Assembly (NCBI GenBank): GCA_905178155.1 | Contig: CAJINV010000001.1 | Span: 1,371,363 to 1,435,362, forward strand | DNA: 64,000 bases | Direction of reading: 5' to 3' | Source: Amoebophrya sp. A120 | Lineage: Eukaryota > Protista > Dinoflagellata | Shown here: in pieces, positions 12,952-23,417 of the stretch | How the letters are laid out: every line of letters starts with the position of its first letter | Numbering within the stretch: position 1 is the first letter of the stretch | Position numbers and translations under genes: made by a program | The notes under the pieces: generated by a model | Database searches by the model: none | Told to the model about the DNA's origin: nothing | What the model saw: only the letters and a program-made list of their open reading frames with translations

Positions 12952-15780
12952 ATTTTAAGTACAGACATACAATCTTTTACTTTTTTAGCAGGAAAAACAA
13001 AACTTGTAAATGAATGCGGACTTGTTCTTACCTTAGGAAGCAATGGATACCTACGTCATTATCATGCAGAGCTGCAATTAGTACGACGAGTGCGATTTGC
13101 TTTTGCAGTGGATGCGTCTCCTGTAGCGGCAATGTCACCGACATCTCCACCCCGTCCTTCGTCGTTCCCCCGTGGAAAATACTGGTCCAGCACAGTTTGA
13201 GGCTGCAAGGGCTGGTGGACAATCTGGATGCGTTCGTCCACACGGAGATCGGAAAAAGTAACCTGGACCAGCAAAGCGAGACGCTGGCGTTGTTACTTCC
13301 GGAGAGATGGGGCCTGACCGCGTACGATGCCGATCTAGCGCTGCGCACGCGACGAGTGACCGGGCGCTGGGCCCCATTTTTGAAAAACCTTTACTGCCCA
13401 CCTGGTCGGTTGCAAGCGTTCCAAGACCGCGATCGCAATCAGGACTTGTTGCTGGACAAGGCGGAGCAGGTCGAGTGGGGGTGCCCCGTTTCGGCGGACA
13501 CCAACAAGGATGGGTTTCTGGACGGTATCGAATGGGGGAAGCACTGCGACCGGGAAAACGAAATAAAGGGAAGTGGGCCAGCGAAGGACCACGACGTTGC
13601 TGCAACTATACCGGGAAGTTCTATTGCTTCACAGGCTACACCAAATACCACTGCTACACGCGGGAGCCGTCGTGATTATGATGTGAACTACGACGAGAAC
13701 ACCGACAGCGGTTTATCCTGAAGAAAAACATGCCCACCCCATAGGTGTCATGCAAATCCGCAAGCCTAAAATCAAATGTCTCTCATGATGATGATCATGA
13801 TGATGATGCGCAGCCCCATGACAGCCATTTGCTATCTAATGCTACCGCGGAGTTTCTTGTAATGCTGGAATCAGGATAAGATAGTCAATTTGTCTTCATG
13901 CTTTTGCACTAGCTAAACTAACTATTAGACTACAAGCCCAAGCTTGTCATGTTCGGCAGCTGAAACTTGGAGATTTGTATTGCAGATTTGCCAGCAACTT
14001 GACTATAGGGTGGGGACGTTGTTGCTCAGGATACGGCCTGCTGGACGCCATCACTCGATTCGCGTTTGGGTTGGACGACAGTTTTATGCATTGCAAATAT
14101 GTCTGGGTCTAAAAGGATGCGAACTTGTGATGCACGTTGCGGCGGGATTATACAAAAATCTGTGTTGCGTGACTTGCAAAAGGTGCTCACTTCTGGTCAT
14201 GCTGAGAGGGCATCTCTCATGCAGAACTGGCATCACAAAGGGGCTGCAGATCCTGTGACGCTAAGCCCTGCATTCCAAACGAAACTTGGCGGGGCCGCTT
14301 GGAAAAACTGCATGACAAATCTCAGAGTCTTCCAGACCCAGACATATTTGCACTGGATAAGTTTCCACGGGAAGCTGGCCGACTTTCTCCCACGGTCGAG
14401 CGATGCTAGTAGTCTGACCGGTAAAAATTTGCGAATGATGATCCGCTATGCATTGCAAAAGTATAATCGCACTAGCATACAATGCATTACGAATAATTGG
14501 CTTCGCATTGTTGATTTACAAAAAATATACATTTGTCGTGTGGATTCGCCTTAAAAAGGAAAATTGTATAAAAGCACTGAATTAGTACGAGTGCGATGCT
14601 TTTGCACTGAATATCTGCGACATTTCCGTGCGAGGCAACAACCAAGACGCCCTGCGGAGCCTGCGGTGGCAGGGTGGATTTTTACGGCGGCACTTCCTGC
14701 GTGAGTACCAAATAACACCCCACGGCATGCGGATCGCGCTTCAAATGTGGGACCGTACGCGGTCGTGCTCGTGGCGCAGCTTTCTGGTCCTCTACTATCA
14801 GAAGGGAAGATGATCCCCCCTCCCCATATCAAAAGGAAGTTTCTGATGCTGGATTTGCGTACACAAATCAGATTTGTCTTGCAGAAAGTGCTTGGCGGGA
14901 TTTTCTTGGCCGTTTTGCGTATGCAGAAGGCTAGCAATTACGCATGGCAATAAACAGATTTCATCTTCTTGTAGTAGTCGAAAGCGCGCGACAGACTGGC
15001 TGTCGAATGCGCCACATGGCTCCTATGATTACTTACCCTATAGGCAAGACAAACATGATCTGTGGCCACAAATCAGCATCAGAAGTTTCCACTTTAACAT
15101 GGGGACGAGGGGGGATTTTTCATGTTGATGTCTACGCAACGGGCCTGCTCCCAGCGTTCGAGCTCCTGGACGCCAACGGGAACCTCCTTCTGGACAAGGC
15201 AGAGATCGTATGACGACTGTGCACAACTCCCCCTCCCCCGCGTGTGTCATCCAAAATACAAAATCCACCCTCTGCCTGTTGGCACTTCCTCGCCCACCCC
15301 CCGGGGAGGGGATCCTTGACCTGTGGCGCTGGCTGCGGGTGTCCACTACATGATGATGATGGCACTTTTGGCAGCCCAAACAGCACGTACTATCCTGGGC
15401 GAATTTGTCATGCAAATAAGTAGTAGCCCCGCATTGATTCTTTTTCTACTTGCCGAAGTTTGTATTGCTGTTTGTCGTGATGTGATACATGATCCGAGAG
15501 GGAACACGAGGGGGGGAGGTACTTACACTCTGATAGATGGAGGCGAGGAGCGGATCCGGATCCCCCTGCCAGAACTTGCTGCGGGCAGAAGTTTTCCGCA
15601 GCGGCCAGGCAGATGCGCTGGATTGGCTCGAGTACTTACCACTTCGGAAGCCGCGCCTTCGCGCACAACGACGACTCGACAACGGAAGACGACCACCTCC
15701 TGGCGCCCCCGGAGTGGCACGCGAGCACGTATCTGGAAACGCGGCCTGATCCCGAGTCGAGTGATTACAACGTCGAGCAA
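12952..15780 (+). repeat. Copy of 1-2829 (EF-hand fragment with all 5 introners retained)
   Basis: Offset 12951; only about 3 substitutions noticed. Confidence 0.95.
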
Positions 15781-16108
15781 CGTCGAGCTGCTGGTGATCA
15801 CCACCACCAACAAGGTCGAGCGAGCACGAGTACTGGTCCTCCAGAACAAAAATCAGAAGAGGGACTGGATTATTCTATTGGTCATGGCGGAACAAGAGCT
15901 GCGGCAGAGGTACCCGCTGACCGACTGTCTTCGAGAATTGTCACAGAAACCGAAGTTCTGCGTCTAAAACCGGTAACGACACTAAAGTGGTGGCCGCGGA
16001 GCTCTTGGCCAACACTTTTGCCCGCGCGGGAAGAAAGAAAGTGGCTGAGTGATGGCCGAAAATGACGGCCAGGGAGCTCTTGGCCATCACTTTCGCCCGA
16101 CCGTGCCG

Positions 16109-17488
16109 GAAGTCTTTGTGGTGCAGGTAGTACTTCTCCCATCATCACACCCATACGGTGTTCTGACTTGAGATGCATGAGGTTTGCTTGCGGCCCGCGT
16201 CCTTCTCCTTTCGCTTCCAACGCTTTTTGCCTCGTCTCCGGCAGTGGGTGGGCTTTTGCTTTGGCCTGCTTGTTCTTTTCTTTTGGTCTGCGTCGCTTCT
16301 AGCAAGAGCCACACGCAGCGCCCCCCCCCTGCCTTTCCACCGCGGCCCTGCCTGCTGTACTTTATTTTTGCTTGGCGCTGGCCCGGTTTGTTTCTTGTCT
16401 TTCGGCCGTCGGCGCGCTCTTTTCGTTCTGCTTTGTGTGGCTAGCCCCCCGAGCCGTCGCAAAGGGTCTGCGAACGCTTTCCGCCGGGCCTGTTTGTGGA
16501 GGCTTGGACAGGGACCGCATTGTGCGCTCCCTACCGCCCCCTCGCGCCTCGCGGCCTTCTCTCTACCTACACTTCTTTCGCTCCCGCTGACCGAGGAAGG
16601 AAGGCCAGGGGCGCGGCCGTTTCTTTTTTTCGCCTGTCGCACCAGCATGGTTTGAGGCTGTAGCGCTAGGCGCTACCCTGTAGTCTCTTTCTCCCTCGCT
16701 CCCCCTTGCACCCCCTCGTCGCCGGGCCGGCGGGCGCGGAGCGACCGCCCGTTCTAGATAGTTTACTAGAAGAAGTCTTTGTGGTGCAGGTAGTACTTCT
16801 CCCATCATCACACCCATACGGTGTTCTGACTTGAGATGCATGAGGTTTGCTTGCGGCCCGCGTCCTTCTCCTTTCGCTTCCAACGCTTTTTGCCTCGTCT
16901 CCGGCAGTGGGTGGGCTTTTGCTTTGGCCTGCTTGTTCTTTTCTTTTGGTCTGCGTCGCTTCTAGCAAGAGCCACACGCAGCGCCCCCCCCCTGCCTTTC
17001 CACCGCGGCCCTGCCTGCTGTACTTTATTTTTGCTTGGCGCTGGCCCGGTTTGTTTCTTGTCTTTCGGCCGTCGGCGCGCTCTTTTCGTTCTGCTTTGTG
17101 TGGCTAGCCCCCCGAGCCGTCGCAAAGGGTCTGCGAACGCTTTCCGCCGGGCCTGTTTGTGGAGGCTTGGACAGGGACCGCATTGTGCGCTCCCTACCGC
17201 CCCCTCGCGCCTCGCGGCCTTCTCTCTACCTACACTTCTTTCGCTCCCGCTGACCGAGGAAGGAAGGCCAGGGGCGCGGCCGTTTCTTTTTTTCGCCTGT
17301 CGCACCAGCATGGTTTGAGGCTGTAGCGCTAGGCGCTACCCTGTAGTCTCTTTCTCCCTCGCTCCCCCTTGCACCCCCTCGTCGCCGGGCCGGCGGGCGC
17401 GGAGCGACCGCCCGTTCTAGATAGTTTACTAGAAGAAGTCTTTGTGGTGCAGGTAGTACTTCTCCCATCATCACACCCATACGGTGTT
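16109..17488 (+). repeat. 663-bp tandem unit x2 (site A plus a GC- and pyrimidine-rich non-coding insert)
   Basis: 16109-16771 equals 16772-17434; duplicated ORFs at offset 663. Confidence 0.95.
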
Positions 17489-18683
17489 TGTTTGTTTGTA
17501 GTTGAAGGTCATGTGGAACCGTTTGGAAATTTGTGTTTCCCCTCACATGATTAGCGCTATTTCAAGAAAAAGGACAACTTGGCAGAGCTGCTTTGGCCTC
17601 TGCCTCAGAAAAAGGAGCTGTTGCTTGGAGCGAGAGCTTAACTTGATAACCTGCTGTAAAACTGAAAAAGTTAGAAGTGTCGAAAGCTAAAAGTCTGTTG
17701 CTGCAAGTAAAAAGTTGCTGTTGAAAAGTTAAAAAGTGCGTCGTAAGTCAAAAACGAGTTTTTCAGAAAAGTTGACTCCGAGGAAAGAAAGCCTTAATCT
17801 ACAGTCTTTTTGTTGTCAAAAGCTACCTGGTTTTCTAAAAGTTGCTGCCTGTCCGAAAAAGTTAAAACGTCTGCTTGGGTTGTTTAAAAAAGTGATCCGC
17901 TACCTTGTAGGAACTGTTTTTTTTTTTGTGTGTTTCTGTACTTTTTGTTGCTTTCCACCTCTTGCTTTTCTTACGCTGCAGTGCCTCGCGGGCCTGTCTT
18001 ACGCTTACTAGCTTTCCTGAAGTTGAAAGTGAGTTTTTACTGCTTGCTGAAAAAAAAAAAAATTTGAAACGTGAGTTTTTACTGCTTGCCGAAAAAGAAG
18101 AGCTGACTTCTATTGGGCTTCGACGTAGCACTGTACTGCTTTGCGACCTTTGCGCGCCTCCAGGATAACCTCTATCACCCCGCGCGGTAGCCAGTCCATC
18201 GGTGTGCTTGGTGGCTGTCCACCTCGTCAGACCACCGGTGTGCCAAAGGGGTCAATCCGCCTGAAAATCACTACTGCCCGCGGCCCGATCAGGGTTGCCG
18301 GCCCTGAACGACTATGCGGCCGGGTGTAGATCCCTGTCCTTTCTCGGTAGATACTCCTTTTGGTGGTGGCGTCGTGCAGGTGGGTTAGGTATGTGGCTGC
18401 GTGCTTGCTCGCCGCGCCAGGGGGTATTTTTTCCGTCCTCCCCTTTTTGGTGTCGTTGCCTGATATCACCACGTCCTTAGCCCTAGTCAGGTTGCCGACC
18501 CGACTAGACTATGTCGGCAAGGCGTAGGTCACTCGTCGTAGGCTTTGTAGTTGGAAGGCTGGTTTTTTGCGCCCCCTGTGGTGCAGGTAGTACTTCTCCC
18601 ATCATCACACCCATACGGTGTTCTGACTTGAGATGCATGAGCATGACACACGATCGGCATCGGATCCACAATGAGGTAGTAAG

Positions 18684-19717
18684 TACCGGAGATCAACTAC
18701 GTGGACCAGGTTGTGCCGGAGATCAAGTTCGTCGAATGATGTGCCGAAAGTTACACTGTATGTAACTTCAGAAAGTGATCGAGATTTTTACCAGGGACCA
18801 GAGCTGCCACGAGCAGCACGCTTTCGTTTAGGAGGAGCCCGCAAGAACTGTTTTGGTGAATAATGGCAAAGAGGACGAGCGATGCGAAGATAATTGTGAT
18901 GCGATTTGCTTGTCTCCACAGTCGAGAAGCGACGGAAGTACGTCGACGTGCCCACGTAGCGGATTGTGGGACAGACTATCGAGGTGTTCAATTTTGTCGA
19001 CAAGGTCGTCGAGATCCCAACCGTGAAAAAAATCCAAAAGTTTTTCACGGTGCCGCAAATCGAGAAAGTCGCAAGGTATTTCAATTGATTTTGATTCCTT
19101 GCATTTACATAGTTCATCTAATGTCCAGGGCAGTTTAGGTTTACGTCGAAAGGCTTTCGTGTTGGTGTTTCTAACTGCTAACGTGGCCTACATCTCGCGA
19201 CGGTGCGCTGCTACACGTGTCGTGTAGGGGTAGAGACACGTTATGAATTGTCTTGCATGCCCTACATCGGGAGACAGAGTGACGCAAAATCTGTGCTTGT
19301 AGTTCCTACTGTTTATGCATGCGTACCCATACCGCCGCAACGTCCCGCACCGTACACAACAACGAACAAAACAGATACGTCGACAAGCATGTGCCACTGA
19401 GCCAGTAGCAGATCATAGAGAATCCGAAAATCGAGTATGTCGACAAAATCGTCGAGATGCCAAACGTCCGCAATGTCCAGAAGATCGTCGAGGTACAGAT
19501 ATTTTTATATTTGTCTTGCAGGTAGTACCGCTTGGCACACAGACATACGGTGGTGTTACTTATCATGCATGAAACGAAGACACACGACACACACATGTTG
19601 ATCTCCACAATCGCAGGTACTGGAGATCAAGTACGTCGACAAGGTTGTGGATGTCCCGAAAATTGTGTACATCGAGATTGTTACCCGGGAATTACCAGGG
19701 ACTACAGCCTCCAAGAG
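18684..19717 (+). pseudogene. Alveolin / inner membrane complex protein pseudogene
   Basis: Repeats KYVDVP, FVDKVVEIPTVKKIQK, IEYVDKIVEMPNVRNVQKIVE and EIKYVDKVVDVPKIVYIE. GT-AG intron 19493-19616. In-frame TAG at 18957. Confidence 0.75.
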
Positions 19718-20276
19718 GTAAGAAACAAGAGGAGCGATGCGATACCTGCGATGCGGTTTGTCGATGTTCTTTGCGACGGTAGCAGGTACTTACAGGATAG
19801 AACCACGTTCCGTGATTGTTCCCTCTATCGACGGTGACCTGACGTGAAGATAAGTTGATATCGGCGAAGTTTTTTTTTGTCGTGTGCGTCTCGAGGAACA
19901 CGAATGCGGCTCGAGGAACATCTTTGATCACTAAACGCTTTTGATGTTCATCTTTGATCACTATAAACGCGTTCAGCGGCATTTGTTACTGAGCGGGTTG
20001 GAGCTGGGTGCGGGTTACCACTGACTCCACGATGATGATGATGATGAGATCGACCAATTATTTGTTTCCGAGAATAGCGATAGACCGCACACAGACTTTG
20101 CATTATAATTTGGCGCAGTAGACCACCGGCGAAGAGAGAGAGGAGAAATAGAGGTGCACGGCCAGCACTCCCCGAGCGACGTTTTACGTTTTCTTTTTCC
20201 GTCGTGTGCGTGTGCAACAAAGACCGACTTGTAATTTTTCGAAAACATACTAGGATATCTTCCTTTTTTCACCACA

Positions 20277-22248
20277 ATGCGGTCTCTGTACCTGCTATCG
20301 TAAGAAAAAACTGTTTCACTGTGAATTTGTGATGCATAGAATGGAACGCAGAACTATTTGTCTTGCTACACCTGCAAGACATTGGATTTCTAAGCGTGTT
20401 TTCCCTTGGGAAGCGCGCATGGCAAATTTTCGGTGTCATGCGTAGCAAACTTGTGATGCGGATTCTGCAAAACCATCACAGTGAAGCAGTCTTTTCGTGG
20501 GATACCTGCTCCTCTTCGAGTGCGGTCGAGGTCATTTCTCTTCCTCTATCCTGAGTAAAAACGTCCCCACCCCATAGCTGTCATGCAGATTTGCGATTAC
20601 AGGAAGATTTGTAATGCGCATCTCCACGAGAGGCATTTCCAAATCCAATCGCGTTTTGGAATTTGTAATGCCGGAAAAAGGGTGAGCAGATGGAGTTGCG
20701 ATGCGGCTGCACTTGCTAAACTGCACTACGCTACGGACTGGAATTTGTCATGCGTTGCTCCCAAGGCTTCTGGGTTTGTGTCGCTAAGCTCCCAACAACT
20801 TGACTCTGGTGTGGGGACGTTTTTACAAATGATACCTTCCTCGGTAACTTCATCATCGACTAGTTTTTCGTTCGACTGCCTTCGCGATTGCACACCCACG
20901 GTCACTCCCGAGCTATGAGACAGAGTGCACAACTCCCCCTCCCCCTCATTGTCATTTGTATGGCATGATTGAACAGCAACACAAGCAACAGCAGAGAGCG
21001 GGCTTTCGCATGCCAAATCTGCGTGCGGGTTGTATTTCTATTTGAGGAGGTTCTAAAATTTGTGATGCTAGCAGTGCTTACGAGCAAGGTGTGAGTTTGG
21101 TACTTTGCATTACAAATGAGGGGGAAGCGGGAATTGTGGACTCTCATACGAGCACCGGTATTTCAACAAGAACTTCGTCCTATCCTGTGCAAAAGTATCG
21201 TACTCGTATTGCCATCATGCATTACAAATCTTCTTTTTAAGGCAAATCCGCATTACAAATTTTATTTCTCATGCTGAGGAAATTTGTAATGCATTTATAC
21301 GAGTGCGATACTTTTGCAGTTCATACGTCCGGACCAAGACCGAGCCCGCGGCTGTGAAATGCGGGGTATGCATCGCAAATATGTCTTCATCTGGGTCCTC
21401 TTGGTGGATGCATGCAATAAACTCAACATCACACAAAAATTTCTCATGCATAGACGGCACAGTAAGGGGGGCACCTCCATTTCTTGATGCCAGCGAGAGG
21501 GGATGACCTGCATTGAGTCACCTGTTCAAAACCTGTAGCGCTAGAGCTCGAATGCCAGATTTTTTGGGCCATAGAGAGACAACACGACAAAAACCCGCAA
21601 TACCATCGAGAACCAGAGGGACATATTTTCGTTTGATACGGAGCGAGGACCTACCACACTGCTAGTCCGGATTTTGCCGGGGACCGCAGCTGTGCGACAC
21701 GCTGTGCGGTGGCAGAGAATCAGGCGCAGTGTGAAGATGGGGCAACCAGACAACGAACTGGTTTTGCGAGTAGTCACGGCGCGTCTACAACAACTCTGAT
21801 GTTGCAAGAGAAGTCCGCCAGCATTTCCTCACCCGCGCCAAGAACGGTGAGGACGATAAGCAAGGCGAACTTTCGAAGGTTTTTCCGCCAAAACAATAAA
21901 TCTCGCGAACAACAAGATACTAGTCCTAGCAGCAGAAGCCTCGTCGTCGCGAAAAATGCGATCAGCATGGCCGGTGCGGCTGCGGGAGCCAATTATTTCT
22001 TGAAAAAAGCCTGCCCGCAACCGCGGGCCTGCGGCTGCACCTGTGTGTGCCCGGAACTGGTGTACGTGCCCCCGCCGAACGCCATCCGCCAAACCAGTTT
22101 TCTCGAAGAAAAAGCTACGACGGCGAAAAATGCGAAAGCGAACACGAAACCCTGCGTCGGAGCGGAGTGCGGGCCGGAAGGCTGTCCCGACGTAGCGCCC
22201 TGCAATTGCTACTGCAGCTGCCGCGGAAAGGTGCCGATGAAGCCGTGA
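20277..22248 (+). CDS. Cys-rich hypothetical protein (~265 aa) with 5 introner introns
   Basis: Exons 20277-20295, 20510-20546, 20840-20913, 21154-21180, 21331-21366 and 21644-22248 total 798 nt, open from ATG to TGA. CxCxCxC motifs and an SFLE motif. Confidence 0.75.
20296..20504. mobile_element. Introner F6 (TIR TATC..GAAAAAACTGTTTCACTGTGA-type)
   Basis: TIRs; DR cctgc. Confidence 0.9.
20547..20834. mobile_element. Introner F2
   Basis: TIRs; DR tcctc/ccttc. Confidence 0.8.
20914..21148. mobile_element. Introner F5
   Basis: TIRs; DR cgagc. Confidence 0.9.
21181..21325. mobile_element. Introner F3
   Basis: TIRs; DR cgtcc. Confidence 0.9.
21367..21638. mobile_element. Degenerate introner F1
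   Basis: Decayed TIRs; DR cgggg/cggag; frame restored. Confidence 0.7.
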
Positions 22249-23417
22249 CGAAGGGAAGTAGAAAGGCGAAACAAGCGAAAGTGGCGAAACTTTTGAATGC
22301 AGTTCGTAGGAAGTAGGGAGAATGAGAAAGACGAACGAGCAACCTGATCTTAGGGGTCTCGGTGTGCGACGTTGAGACAAAGGTGAAGATGACTGACTGA
22401 CTCTTATTTTTTCCCGCATTTGATCATTATGTGTAGATTCTTCATCGGAATCCGCAAACAAATGTTGAACCTAGCAGAATAACTAGCAGAATCCAAATAG
22501 ATTTGAAATTTCCAAACCGAGGGGTAGGCCGGCGCGCGCTGGCCTGAGCGGCGCAAAGCGCAGAAGCGCCTTAGTTATTTCCCCTCTGCGACAACGATGT
22601 ACGATGTTCAGGAACTTTCATTATGCAACTCTTCGCAAGTAACAAAGACGAGCACGGGGAGAACAAGGCCTCTTGCTCATTTTCTGTGTACAGGAATCGA
22701 GTTTTCTTTCAGCAGCTAACGAAGAATTTGTGGTTGTATATTTATACTTATTTGACTTTTACGAAAAAACGAAAACAGTGTGAGAGATAATTTTCAGCAG
22801 GCTCAGAAGTGGTAGTTCTACACGGCCACAGCACGTCACGTGATGCTGAGCTTCTGTAAGGTTACGAGCACCAAACTACACGTCTCGCATTTTTATCGGT
22901 ACACGTTCGTCGGAAGTATGGAAGCATTTGTAGATACTGTTATTGGAGGCGCACTGATGAAGATTTTTGAGGTAGATTACTTGCGAATACTAACTACTGC
23001 ACCTGAAGATGGCAAGTATGTTTGCGTCGAAGACGGATAGCAGTTGGTATTCAATGTAGTTGAAAGGCATTTATTAATCTTACTCCAAAACGTCGACCTT
23101 GAGCTTGACCTACCACGTGCGTCTATTCAGCTTTTTTAGCCTGCGTCGTTTCATCATTGCCGCAAAAAGAACAAGGAACGATGACGCAGGTCGGACCTCG
23201 GCGGACGGGCTGACCGCTTGGCGACGTGTGAGGCGGAGAGAAGTTGCACTTTTAGAAGCCCCCGCGGGAAGCCGAAAAGAAACCGCTTCTCGTTCTCCTT
23301 TTGCAGTAGAAAGTGCAGAACAAGTCCCGTTGTGCGGATCGGGAAACTGCCAAGGGAGAGCAGCAAATAGTTCACCACAGGACGAGCCTCTAGTACTCCT
23401 GAGTTTCATCTTTAATC

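Larger units (their letters stand above)
9362..18641 (+). repeat. Site A array: 7 copies of core TGTGGTGCAGGTAGTACTTCTC(CCATCATCACACCCATAC) separated by heterogeneous inserts
   Basis: Copies at 9362-9404, 11155-11207, 12585-12632, 16109-16181, 16759-16844, 17422-17488 and 18577-18641. Confidence 0.9.

Noticed and set aside
16087-17546. ORFs in the 663-bp tandem unit
   Set aside because: They are compositionally biased, have no recognisable domain, and overlap on both strands.
9362-18641. Bona fide CRISPR array
   Set aside because: Spacers are 0.6-3.5 kb, repeat lengths vary, there are no cas genes, and the context is eukaryotic.
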